NCBI GenBank assembly: GCA_963767925.1
Contig: CAVYGB010000003.1
Location: 19,734 to 83,733 of the forward strand
Direction: 5' to 3'
DNA from: an uncultured delta proteobacterium
GTDB taxonomy: Bacteria; Myxococcota_A; Polyangia; Fen-1088
Length of the DNA: 64,000 bases
The notes under the pieces were generated by a model that saw only the letters and a list, made by a program, of their open reading frames with translations, searched no databases and was not told the origin of the DNA. Within the stretch, counting starts at the first letter, position 1. Every line of letters starts with the position of its first letter. Of the stretch, positions 37,648 to 47,259 are shown one piece after another. The position numbers were made by a program, and so were the translations under genes.

Positions 37648-40035
37648 GTGAGCGACACCTCGCCTGAAGACACTTCTCCCGATCTGGGGTTCCTGGACTG
37701 GCCCGAGCTGCTCGAGCGGCTCGCGCTCCAGGCGCAGTCTGCCCGGGGCCAGGGGGCCTGCCGGAGCCTGGCGCTGGCGGCCGTTCCCGAGGAGGCCGAG
37801 GCGCGCATGGCCGACGTGGCCGAGGCGGTGGCCCTGGCCCGCGCGGGCGAGAGCCTGCCCGGGCTGAGCTTCCCCGAGGTGGAGCAACACCTCGACGCCG
37901 CCGAGAAGGGGGTGCCCCTGTCGGCCGAGGAGCTCAAGCAGGTGGCCGGCCAGTGCGAGGTGGCGCTGTCGGTGCGCCGCTGGTTCTCGCGGCTCGATCC
38001 GGGCGACGGCGCCGGGCCCACCCCGGGCGGGCCCCGGGCCACCCGCCTGCTGGCGGTGGCGGGCGATCTGTCCGGGCAGGAGGAGATCGTCTTTCACGCC
38101 CGCGACACCTTCGACCCGAGCGGGGAGCTGCGCGACAGCGCCTCGCCCGAGCTGTTCCGCCTGCGCCGGGAGCGGGATCAGGTCGCCTCGCGGGTGCGGG
38201 GCGAGGCCGAGCGCCACCTGCGCTCCGAGGAGTATGCCCCCTACCTGCAGGACGAATACGTCACCCTGCGCGAGGACCGCTTCGTGCTGCCGCTCAAGGC
38301 CTCCTTCAAATCGATGGGGCTCGGCATCGTGCACGACACCTCCCGCTCGGGCGAGACGGTGTTCGTCGAGCCGACCGCCATGGTGGGCCTCAACAACCGG
38401 CTCAAGGTGGCGGAGATCGAGATCCGCCGGGAGAGCCGGCGCATCCTCGAGGAGCTCGCGGCCCTCATCGCGGGGGCGGCGCCCTCGCTGCGGGCGGATC
38501 GGGAGATCCTCACCCGGCTCGACGTCATCTTCGCCTCGGCCCGGCTGGCCCTGGCCTACGACGGCACGCCGGTCACCATCACGCGCGAGCCAGTGGTCGA
38601 TCTGCGCGCCCTGCGCCACCCGCTGCTCGCGCTGCCCTCCAGCCGCTCGCCGGTGGTGGCCAACGACGTCGCCCTCGGCGAGGTGCCGGGAAAGAGCGAG
38701 GCCAAGATCCTCGTGGTCAGCGGCCCCAACGCCGGCGGCAAGACCGTCCTGCTCAAGGCGGTGGGCCTGGCCGCCCTGGCCGCCCGGGCCGGGTTGCTGG
38801 TGCCCGCCGCGCCGGGCAGCCGGGTCGGGTTCTTCGATCGGGTGCTGGCCGACATCGGCGATCAGCAGTCGGTGGTGAGCGATCTGTCGACCTTCTCTGC
38901 CCACCTGGCCAACCTGGCCCGCATCATCGAGGCGGTGCAGGGCGCGTCGCCGGAGGCCCCCCTGCTGGTCCTGTGCGACGAGCTGATGGCCGGCACCCAC
39001 CCCGAGCAGGGAGCGGCGCTGGCCCGGGCCACGCTGGAGGCCCTGGCCGAAGGTCCCGCGCTGGTCATCACCACCACCCACTACGACAGCCTCAAGGCCC
39101 TGACCGAGGGGGACCGCCGCTTCCGCAACGCCGGCATGGAGTACGACCTCGAGCACCTGCGCCCCACCTTCCGGCTGCGCGACGGCCTGCCCGGTCGCTC
39201 CTACGCCCTCGACATCGCCGCCCGCATGGGCCTGCCGGCCCCCGTGCTGGCGCGTGCCGAGGAGCTGCTCGACGCGAGCTCGCTTGGCCTCGAGAACGTC
39301 CTGCGCGATCTCGAGCAGCGCGAGGAGGGGCTGGTGCGGGCCGAGCAGGCCCTCGAGCAGGCCCGCCTGGCCCTCGAGGCGCGGGCCGAGGAGACCCAGG
39401 CCGCCACCCAGTCGCTGGTGCGCAAGGAGCGGGAGCTGGGGCTCAAGAGCCGCGAGCTGCTCGACCAGGCGGTGCGCGACGCGCGCAACGCCATCGCGGA
39501 GGTGGTCAAGGAGGTCAAGAGCCAGCGGTCGCTCAACAGCGCGGCGGTGGCCCGGCAGAAGGTGGAGCAGGAGGCGGCCAAGGCGCGGGCCAGCCTGCCC
39601 GAGCCGGCGCCCCTCGAGCTCGAGGTGAACAAGCTGCGCGAGGCGCTGGCCAGCCGGGCCCTCGGCCTCGGCGGTAAAAACGCCGGCAAGATCAGCGGCA
39701 AGATCAGCAGCAACGTAGGCGGCGGCGCCAGCGGGGGCAAGCCGGCCGCCCCCGCGCCGGAGCCGGCCGTGCCGATCGCCCTGCAGAGCCGGAGCAACTC
39801 GGTCGACGTGCGCGGCAAGCGCGCCGACGAGGCTCTGCGCGACATCGAGGCGTTCCTCGACAAGGCCGCCCTGGAAGGCTCCGACAACATCTTCGTGATC
39901 CACGGCCACGGCACCGGCGCCCTCCGCAAGGCGGTGCGCGAGTACCTGGCCAACTCTCCCTACGTGTCCCGCTTCCGCCCCGGCGGCGCCGGCGAGGGGG
40001 GCGACGGGGTCAGCGTCGTGTCGGTGCGGGGCTAG
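37648..40035 (+). CDS. mutS2: Endonuclease MutS2 (Smr domain)
   Basis: GIVHDTSRSGETVFVEP, SGPNAGGKT, DIGDQQS..LSTFSAH, TTHY, Smr IHGHGTGALR. Confidence 0.95.
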   Translation: MSDTSPEDTSPDLGFLDWPELLERLALQAQSARGQGACRSLALAAVPEEAEARMADVAEAVALARAGESLPGLSFPEVEQHLDAAEKGVPLSAEELKQVAGQCEVALSVRRWFSRLDPGDGAGPTPGGPRATRLLAVAGDLSGQEEIVFHARDTFDPSGELRDSASPELFRLRRERDQVASRVRGEAERHLRSEEYAPYLQDEYVTLREDRFVLPLKASFKSMGLGIVHDTSRSGETVFVEPTAMVGLNNRLKVAEIEIRRESRRILEELAALIAGAAPSLRADREILTRLDVIFASARLALAYDGTPVTITREPVVDLRALRHPLLALPSSRSPVVANDVALGEVPGKSEAKILVVSGPNAGGKTVLLKAVGLAALAARAGLLVPAAPGSRVGFFDRVLADIGDQQSVVSDLSTFSAHLANLARIIEAVQGASPEAPLLVLCDELMAGTHPEQGAALARATLEALAEGPALVITTTHYDSLKALTEGDRRFRNAGMEYDLEHLRPTFRLRDGLPGRSYALDIAARMGLPAPVLARAEELLDASSLGLENVLRDLEQREEGLVRAEQALEQARLALEARAEETQAATQSLVRKERELGLKSRELLDQAVRDARNAIAEVVKEVKSQRSLNSAAVARQKVEQEAAKARASLPEPAPLELEVNKLREALASRALGLGGKNAGKISGKISSNVGGGASGGKPAAPAPEPAVPIALQSRSNSVDVRGKRADEALRDIEAFLDKAALEGSDNIFVIHGHGTGALRKAVREYLANSPYVSRFRPGGAGEGGDGVSVVSVRG

Positions 40036-41984
40036 TGCGCGGGCGGCTCGTGGCCCTGGGCGCGCTGGCGGCGTTCGCCGCCGGGAGCGTGGCGCTGGTC
40101 GGTCACTTCGCCCTGTTCTTCGCCCGGGCGGCCTTCCCCCTCGACCTCGAGTGGATGGAGGGGGGGCTGCTGCTGCATGCCTTGCGCTACGCCGAGGGCA
40201 AGAACATCTACGTGCCCCCCTCGCTCGAGTTCGTCCCCTACCTCTACACGCCGCTCTATCCGGCCCTGCTGGCCGCGCTGTCGAAGGTGGTGCCGCTGGG
40301 GTATCTGCTCGGGCGGCTCGTGTCGATCCTGGCGTTCGCCGGGGCGCTGGCGCTGCTGCTGCTGGCGGCGGTCCGGGCGGCGGGGCAGGGGGCGGGCGTC
40401 CCGGCCGCTTGCTGGCGGTCGCCGGTCCGGCTGGCCGGCCTGGGTCTGGGGGTGGGGGCGGCGGGGGCGGTGGCGGCGAGCTTCGTCGCCACCGGCGGCT
40501 TTTACGATCTCGTCCGGGCCGACTCGCTGCTGCTGGTGCTCGTCGCCGCGACGCTGTCTTTGGGCCTCGCCGCCGCCGCCGGGGGCGGGTACCGGACCGC
40601 CGCGGCGGCCGGCGTCCTGATCGCCCTGGCCTTCTTCAGCAAGCAGACCGCCTCGCTGCTGGGCGTGTCGATCGGGCTGGGGCTGCTGCTGGCCCGCTGG
40701 CGGCAGGGCCTCGTGTACGGCGCCGCCGCGGCGGTCACCCTGGGCCTGGGCCTGCTCCTGCTCGATCGAACCTCCGGCGGCTGGTTCTGGACCTACGTGT
40801 ACGAGCTGCACCAGAGCCACGAATTTTACGCGCGCCGCGCCTTCGTCGAGACGCCGCTGCACCTGTTCCGGCTGGCGCGCCCGCTCTACCTGGTGTGGAT
40901 CGTGGCCGGCGTCGCCCTCCTGCGCGCGCGCGCCCTCCACCGCCGCGACGTCGTTCACGTCGCGGCGGCCCTGGGGGGCGTGGTCTCGGCCTGCGTCGGC
41001 TTCGGCACCCAGTGGGCCTTCGACAACGCCTACATCCCGGCGATCTACTTTCCCGCCTTCTCGGCCGCGATCTGGACCGCCCGCCTGGCCGGGCTGGCCC
41101 TGGCCGCGCCCCGCGGGATCGCCTTGCCTGCGATCGCCGCCCTGGCCGGGCTGGCCCTGGCCTTCCAGGTGGTGCCGGCGGCGCTCCCCGATCGGCGCCG
41201 GCTGGCGCCCGGCCGGCAGGACCGTGTGGCGGCCCAGCGTTTCCTGGCCCACCTGCGCGGGCTGCCCGGCCCCCTGTTCATCCCCTTTCATCCCTATTAC
41301 GCCGTGCTGGCCGGCCAGCCGCCCCACCTGCACCGGATGGGCGTCTGGGACGTCGGCGCCAGGCTGGGGCGACCGGCCGGGCTCGACGAGGCGCTGGCCG
41401 CCGGGCGGTTCTCCCACGTCGTGCTCGACTGGAAGTCGCAGCCCGGGGAGTGGCCCACCCTGGCCGGCCACTACCGGGAGGTCCACCAGTTCGCCGACGG
41501 GGTCGACGCGGTCCGCTCCTTCTCCGGCGCCGAGACCTCCCCCCGCCGCCTGCTCGCCCGGGCCAGCGCCGCCCCTCTGCCGGCCGGTGGGGCCCGCCTG
41601 TTCGACTTCGAGCGCGGTTATGCCGGCTTTCGTGCCAGCGGGGACGCCTTCGGCGCCGAGCCCGCCCCGGCCGCCCCCGATCTGTTCGGCACCGGGGCGG
41701 CCGACTCGCGCCGCGCTGGCCCCGGGGCCACTGGCGCGCTCACCTCGCCGCCCTTCACCGTCTCGCGCCCGCGCCTGCGCTTCACCCTGGCCGGCGACCG
41801 GGACCCCCGCCTGCGGGTCCTGCTGCTCGACGGCGCCGAGGCCAGCCACGTCGCCTCCCCCGTGGGCGCCACGACCACGGTCGAGTGGGATCTGACCCGG
41901 CTGGCCGGCCGCAGCGCGACCCTGGTCATCGAGGACGCCTCGACGACCGGGGGGCTGGCGGTTGACGAGGTCGTGGCGTTCTAG
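40035..41984 (+). CDS. GT-C fold (ArnT/PMT-like) membrane protein with periplasmic C-terminal domain
   Basis: EWMEG, YLYTPLYP, RADSL, FFSKQT, multiple TMs. Confidence 0.65.
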   Translation: MRGRLVALGALAAFAAGSVALVGHFALFFARAAFPLDLEWMEGGLLLHALRYAEGKNIYVPPSLEFVPYLYTPLYPALLAALSKVVPLGYLLGRLVSILAFAGALALLLLAAVRAAGQGAGVPAACWRSPVRLAGLGLGVGAAGAVAASFVATGGFYDLVRADSLLLVLVAATLSLGLAAAAGGGYRTAAAAGVLIALAFFSKQTASLLGVSIGLGLLLARWRQGLVYGAAAAVTLGLGLLLLDRTSGGWFWTYVYELHQSHEFYARRAFVETPLHLFRLARPLYLVWIVAGVALLRARALHRRDVVHVAAALGGVVSACVGFGTQWAFDNAYIPAIYFPAFSAAIWTARLAGLALAAPRGIALPAIAALAGLALAFQVVPAALPDRRRLAPGRQDRVAAQRFLAHLRGLPGPLFIPFHPYYAVLAGQPPHLHRMGVWDVGARLGRPAGLDEALAAGRFSHVVLDWKSQPGEWPTLAGHYREVHQFADGVDAVRSFSGAETSPRRLLARASAAPLPAGGARLFDFERGYAGFRASGDAFGAEPAPAAPDLFGTGAADSRRAGPGATGALTSPPFTVSRPRLRFTLAGDRDPRLRVLLLDGAEASHVASPVGATTTVEWDLTRLAGRSATLVIEDASTTGGLAVDEVVAF

Positions 41985-41996
41985 GAAGGTACGCCC

Positions 41997-42374
41997 ATGC
42001 GCAAGCCGGTCATCACGGACAAGGCCCCCAAGCCGGTGGGCCCCTATTCTCAGGCAATCATCGAGGGCGATCTGATCTTCCTGGCAGGGCAGGGCCCGGG
42101 CAACCCGGCCAGCGGCCAGCTCGAGCGGGGGGACGTCAAGGTCGAGACGCGCCAGACCCTGGAGAACGTCAAGGCCATCCTCGAGGCGGCCGGCTCGTCG
42201 ATCGACAAGGTCCTCAAGTGCAACGTCTACCTGCGGGACATCAACGACTTCGCGGCGATGAACGAGGTGTACGCCGCCTTCTTCAGCGCGCCTTATCCGG
42301 CCCGGACCACCATCCAGGCCGGCGCGCTGCCCGGGGGCATCGCGGTCGAGATCGAGTGCATCGCCCGCCGCTGA
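41997..42374 (+). CDS. ridA: RidA family enamine/imine deaminase
   Basis: APKPVGPYSQA, FAAMNEVY, PARTT, LPGG..VEIECIA. Confidence 0.9.
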   Translation: MRKPVITDKAPKPVGPYSQAIIEGDLIFLAGQGPGNPASGQLERGDVKVETRQTLENVKAILEAAGSSIDKVLKCNVYLRDINDFAAMNEVYAAFFSAPYPARTTIQAGALPGGIAVEIECIARR

Positions 42375-42396
42375 GCGCGCGGGAGCAAGCTGCACC

Positions 42397-43407
42397 ATGA
42401 ACGCCTTCGATCTCGACACCCCCTCGGTCTACGTCGACCTCGACATCCTCGAGCGCAACATCCGCTCGATGCAGGAGCGCTGCCGGGCCTGGGGCGTGGG
42501 GCTGCGCCCCCACGCCAAGACCCACAAGATCGCCGAGATCGCCCGCATGCAGCTCGACGCAGGGGCCATCGGCATCACGGTGGCGAAGATCGGCGAGGCC
42601 GAGGTGCTGCCCGGCGACGACGTGCTCATCGCCTACCCGATCATGGCCGACAAGCTGCCGCGCCTGCGGGCGCTGGGGGCCAAGCGGCGGGTGACGGTTG
42701 TCGTCGACTCGCTCGAGGCCGCCCGCGCGCTGCCGGGGGTGGGCGCCATGGTCGAGGTGGACGTGGGCGCCGGCCGCTGCGGGGTCGAGACGCCCGAGCA
42801 GGTGGTGGCCATCGCCCGGGCCTGCGCCGAGTTCCGCGGCCTGTTCTACTGGCCGTCGTGGATCGACGAGGCCGGCTTCGAGAAGGCCCGCCAGCGGGTC
42901 GACCTGCACGTCGCCGCCCTGAAGGCGGCCGGGTTCGACGTGCCGATCGTCTCGGGCGGCTCGACCCCCGGCGCCGCCAAGACGCCGCTGGTCCCCGCCA
43001 CCACCGAGATCCGCCCCGGCACCTACGTCTTCAACGACGCGAGCTGCGTGGCCAACAACCTGGCGAAGATGGAGGACTGCGCCCTGCGGGTGCTCGTCAC
43101 GGTCGTGAGCACCGCGGTGGCGGGCCAGTGCGTCGTCGACGGGGGGACAAAAACGTTCTCGGGCGACGCGACGGTCAACGTCGGAACGCACGGCATCTTT
43201 CCGGAGCGACCCGACTGGACGATGACGAAGATGAACGAGGAGCACGGCTACGTCCGCAACGGCTCGCCGGCGCGGATCGGCGAGAAGGTCTGGGTCGTCC
43301 CCAGCCACGTCTGCACCACCGTCAACATGCACGACGAGATCGCCTACGGCCGCGGTGGCCGCGTCGAGGGCAGCTTTCGCGTCAGCGCCCGCGGCCGGGT
43401 TCGCTAG
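42397..43407 (+). CDS. Fold-type III PLP enzyme (DSD1/D-threonine aldolase-like)
   Basis: LDTP, LRPHAKTHK, SGGSTP, EIRPGTYVFND, NEEHG, PSHVCTTVN. Confidence 0.88.
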   Translation: MNAFDLDTPSVYVDLDILERNIRSMQERCRAWGVGLRPHAKTHKIAEIARMQLDAGAIGITVAKIGEAEVLPGDDVLIAYPIMADKLPRLRALGAKRRVTVVVDSLEAARALPGVGAMVEVDVGAGRCGVETPEQVVAIARACAEFRGLFYWPSWIDEAGFEKARQRVDLHVAALKAAGFDVPIVSGGSTPGAAKTPLVPATTEIRPGTYVFNDASCVANNLAKMEDCALRVLVTVVSTAVAGQCVVDGGTKTFSGDATVNVGTHGIFPERPDWTMTKMNEEHGYVRNGSPARIGEKVWVVPSHVCTTVNMHDEIAYGRGGRVEGSFRVSARGRVR

Positions 43408-43568
43408 TCCCCTGGAAAGGTGATTTCTTGCCTATCTCGCCGGTCCTCTTCGTCCCTGGCTGCGTTGCTCGTCGGTTAAATACGCCGGGTATTCGCCCTC
43501 CTCGCGCCTTGCCAGGAACGAAGATGCCTCGCCGACATATGCAAGCCTTCACCTTTCCAGGGGACTAG
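43404..43568. mobile_element. CTAG-bounded palindromic MITE-like element, copy 2 (165 bp)
   Basis: Perfect 20-bp TIR ctagtcccctggaaaggtga / tcacctttccaggggactag; core shared with 7635-7797. Confidence 0.7.
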
Positions 43569-43779
43569 CCGGGCCTGAGCAGCGCGGGAACCCAGCTAGT
43601 CCTGCAATAGCTTCCCGCCCGCTCAGGGGCCCTCGCTCCGGGAGGGTGATCGCGATCGCGCGATGGCGCGCAGGAATCGCCGGAACATTCTCGACGGCCC
43701 GATCGAAATCGATACGGTTTTGACCTGGCGCGTGGGCGCACCCGTGCTAACGTGGTGGTTCTCGGCGCTCGCCTCTTCC

Positions 43780-43803
43780 GCAACAAAATCGGCGGGCGTC
43801 CGA
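43780..43803 (+). promoter_or_regulatory. GCAAC-N15-CCGA putative promoter
   Basis: gcaac aaaatcggcgggcgt ccga, 21 nt upstream of ATG 43825. Confidence 0.5.
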
Positions 43804-43824
43804 GAAACCTGGTTGGAGTTGCTT

Positions 43825-45039
43825 ATGTCTTCGGTGAAGCGATCGGGCCCTGCGTGCCTGAGCCTGTTCGGGCTCGTCCTTGGCGCGGCCCTGTCGTTCG
43901 CGGGCTGCGGCACCAACTCCGTCGGCCTTCCGGTCGACGCCAGCTTGACGCCGCCACCCCCGCCTCCGACCCCGGACGCCGGCGTGCGCGTCCCGCCGGT
44001 CATCATGCCGCCCGACGGCGCGCCCGTCGAGCCGACCGACGGCGGTGCCGATCGGCCCCCGACGGTGACCTGCCCGGCCACCAACCTGCAGCCCACCCCG
44101 GCCTGCACCTTCGGCTACCACGCGCTCAAGCGGGCCACGCCGGAGGTCGCCCTGGTCTTCGACCGGTCGAGCGCCATGTTGCGCATGGTCCCCGGCACCA
44201 CCCAGAGCCGCTGGGGCGAGATGGTGGCGGCGGTCGAGGACTCGATCAAGAAGAGCCACGCGGGCCTGCTCTGGGGGCTCAAGCTGTTCCCCTCGGCCCC
44301 CACGATGATGTGCAACGTGACCGACAACCTCGACGTCGCCGTCGGGCTGTCGAACTTCGACCCCGTGATCATCCGGATCCGGGGCGTCCCCCCGAGCACC
44401 GGGCCCGAGGGCTCGCCGCTCGATCTCGGCATCAAGAAGGCGGCGGCCGGTCTGCGCATGACGCCCTCGACCAACCCCCGTTACCTGGTGCTCGCCACCG
44501 ACGGGGTGCCCAACTGCCCGCCCGGGGCCCCCGGCGACACCGAGGCCGTCAAGTCGGTCTCGATGCTCGAGCAGCAGGGCCTGCGCACGTTCGTCATCGG
44601 GACGGCCACGGTCACCAGCCCGCAGCACCGCACCCTGAACGACCTGGCGTCGGCCGGCGGTGAGCCGCGGGTGGGCGACCAGCGGTATTTCCCGGTGCTC
44701 AACAAGACCCAGATGCTCGAGGCGCTCGACGAGATCACCGGGCGGCTGACCTCCTGCGTGTTGACCGTCAACGCCCCGGCGCCCTCGCCCAACTTCGTGG
44801 CGATGAACATCGGCAACATCCGCGTCCCCCGCGACCCCGCCCGCCGGGAGGGCTGGAACTGGGGCGGCAACGTGCAGGTCATCCGCGACGGAACCGTCGG
44901 CGGGACCCTGCCGGTGGTCCACGTCTACGGCGAGGCCTGCTCGATGCTGAAGGCCAATCCGCTGGCCGTGACCGAGCTGGTGTTCGGGTGCCCCGGCCAC
45001 GAGCCGCCCCCGCCCCCGCCCTGCTCGGTCGTCCCGTAG
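43825..45039 (+). CDS. vWA domain lipoprotein (myxobacterial type)
   Basis: Lipobox FAGC, Pro linker, MIDAS FDRSSAM, LATDGVPNC, TFVIG. Confidence 0.85.
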   Translation: MSSVKRSGPACLSLFGLVLGAALSFAGCGTNSVGLPVDASLTPPPPPPTPDAGVRVPPVIMPPDGAPVEPTDGGADRPPTVTCPATNLQPTPACTFGYHALKRATPEVALVFDRSSAMLRMVPGTTQSRWGEMVAAVEDSIKKSHAGLLWGLKLFPSAPTMMCNVTDNLDVAVGLSNFDPVIIRIRGVPPSTGPEGSPLDLGIKKAAAGLRMTPSTNPRYLVLATDGVPNCPPGAPGDTEAVKSVSMLEQQGLRTFVIGTATVTSPQHRTLNDLASAGGEPRVGDQRYFPVLNKTQMLEALDEITGRLTSCVLTVNAPAPSPNFVAMNIGNIRVPRDPARREGWNWGGNVQVIRDGTVGGTLPVVHVYGEACSMLKANPLAVTELVFGCPGHEPPPPPPCSVVP

Positions 45040-45136
45040 CCCCCCGCCAGGCCCCGACGTCCAGGCGCCTGCGTGCGGGAGAGCCGCTCGGGAAAGGCCT
45101 TCCCTCACGCGTCGGACAATCCTTTATCATGGCGGC

Positions 45137-46275
45137 ATGCTGGCGACCCAGGTGCGGCAGAAGGACAGCGTCTTTTACTTCGTGGCGTATCCGACCGAGG
45201 ACCTGCTCGACAAGGTGCAGTTCATCAGCCGGTTCTACGGCGAGGGGGAGAGCATCGCCGCCGAGGAGGTCGCGGCCGAGGACGAGGTGGCGCAGTTCAT
45301 CGCGCGCATCGAGCACACCGACAAGGCCTTCCAGCGGCAGCTCTCGCGCAAGGAAGGTCGCGGCCATCCAGAACTTCTACGAGACGGCGGTGAGCCAGCC
45401 GCCCATCCCCGGCACGGTCCTGCTGTTCACGCCCGAGCGCCTGAGCTTCGAGGCGGTGCGGGGCTTCGACAACGTGGGGCACCTCGAGGAGCCGGAGGGC
45501 AAGTACCTCATCATCGACGGCCAGCACCGCCTGGCGGCGCTGCACTTCTACCGGAGCCAGCACCCCGACGAGGCGCAGACCATGCACGTCCCCTGCGTCA
45601 TCTTCGACGGCAAGAGCGAGGACTTCGCCACCGAGATGTTCGTCATCATCAACTCGACCCCCACCCGCATCAACAAGAGCCACCTGGTCGACCTGTACGA
45701 GCGGGTCTCCTGGGCGGCGCCCGACCGCAAGTTCGCCGCCCGCGTCGTCGAGCAGCTCTACAGCGAGGGCGACAGCCCGCTGCGCTACAAGATCAACCGC
45801 CTGGGCGGGCGCAGCCAGCAGGAGAAGTGGATCCTGCAGGCGGAGCTGTTCAACGAGATCCACCGCTGGGCCACGGCGGACTGGCGGGCCATCGAGAAGA
45901 AGGGCGCCGGAGTCCGCGAGGTCGAGCGCTTCTACGAGCGGGTGCGCGACTTCCTCAAGGCGGCGGAGAAGGTCTGGGGCGACGCCTGGGGCAACGGCTC
46001 GTTCATGGTCACCAAGGCCGGTCACCCTGAAGGCCATGATCCGCGTCTGCGCCGACCTCAGCCGCGAGGACGCCGAGCCGGTCGACGGCCGCCTGAAGCG
46101 CTGGGAGCGCCGGCTGGGCGCCTGGCGCGAGCTGCTCCGCCAGTTCCGGGCGGAGGGCTTCTACGAGCGCTTCCCGGCCAAGGGCCAGATCGAGCGCGTG
46201 GCCCGGGTGCACCGCGAGCTGAGCCGCGCCCTCGGGATCGAGCCGCGCCGGGCGCGGGGCGAAGCGGCGGGCTGA
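45137..46275 (+). CDS. DGQHR domain (DndB-like) protein, split by two +1 frameshifts (~45352, ~46017)
   Basis: FQRQLS, IIDGQHRL, MFVIINSTPTRINKS; removing one G at each caagg gives one continuous ORF. Confidence 0.85.
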
Positions 46276-46335
46276 GGCCCGCCCACCCCCCGTGAGCCTG
46301 GAGCCGGCGACCCGGGTACGGTACGCTCCCGCGTC

Positions 46336-47259
46336 TTGACGATTGCCGCCGAGAGCCCGCAGGCCGCAGCGCCGCCTTCGCCCCGTGCCGCCCCCGGCCG
46401 CCTCGCCTTCGGGGCGGCGGCGGCGCTCTTGCTGCTGGCCGTGGTCGAGGCGGTCACCGCCGTGCTGTCGCCCCTGCGCACCCCCAGTGACGCCGACTGG
46501 ACGGCGGCCGCAGCCTGGGTCCGGGCCGGGCAGGGCGAGCGCGACCTGATCGTGGCGGCGCCGGCCTGGGCCGACCAGGTCCTGCGCCTGCACCTGGGCG
46601 ATCTCCTGCCCCCGAAGAAGGCGGCCCGGATGGACCACGCGATCTACCCGCGCATCTGGGAGCTGTCGCAGCGGGGAGCCGACGCGCCCGAGCGGGCGGG
46701 CGGGCGGCTGCTGCAGGAGCGCCAGTTCGGCCAGCTCCGTGCCCGCCTCTACCAGCGCGAGGCCTCCGATCCGAAGTACGACTTCTTCGATAGCTGGGCC
46801 AGCGCCCGGGTCGCCCGGCTGGAGCGGGGTGGCCGGGCCGTCCCCTGCCCGCTGGGACCCGAGTCGCACCGGTGCCCGGGCGACGGGTTCAACTTCGTGC
46901 AGCCGCGCGTGCTGGAGATCGGCAACCAGCTCCGCCGGGGGCTGCTGGTCCTGCCCGTCCACGACGCCACCATGGCCATCGACTACGAAGCGGTGCCGCT
47001 GGGCAAGGAGCTGGCGGTGGGCGGCGGCTTGCACAACGTGTGGCGCCGCAAGGGGGGTGACGGCACCGTCCTCCTGCGCGTGCTGGTCGACGGGCAGGAG
47101 CTCGGCCGGCTCGAGAGCGGCAACCGCACCGGCTGGCAGGTCGCCCGCTTCCCCACGCCGGCCTTTGCCGGGCGCACCGCCCGGGTGCGCTTCGAGATCA
47201 CCTCGGCCCGGCCGCAGTCGCGCTGGTTCGGCTTCGCGGCGGAGGCGCGCGGGTCGTGA
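46336..47259 (+). CDS. Membrane-anchored hypothetical protein (C-terminal NPCBM/galactose-binding-like)
   Basis: Single TM; VLLRVLVDGQE...GW...RVRFEI; GTGA-coupled to the GT39 gene. Confidence 0.55.
   Translation: MTIAAESPQAAAPPSPRAAPGRLAFGAAAALLLLAVVEAVTAVLSPLRTPSDADWTAAAAWVRAGQGERDLIVAAPAWADQVLRLHLGDLLPPKKAARMDHAIYPRIWELSQRGADAPERAGGRLLQERQFGQLRARLYQREASDPKYDFFDSWASARVARLERGGRAVPCPLGPESHRCPGDGFNFVQPRVLEIGNQLRRGLLVLPVHDATMAIDYEAVPLGKELAVGGGLHNVWRRKGGDGTVLLRVLVDGQELGRLESGNRTGWQVARFPTPAFAGRTARVRFEITSARPQSRWFGFAAEARGS

Noticed and set aside
45137..46275. Dnd phosphorothioation system or programmed frameshifting
   Set aside because: No dndA/C/D/E in the window; no slippery heptamer, and similar indels occur throughout.
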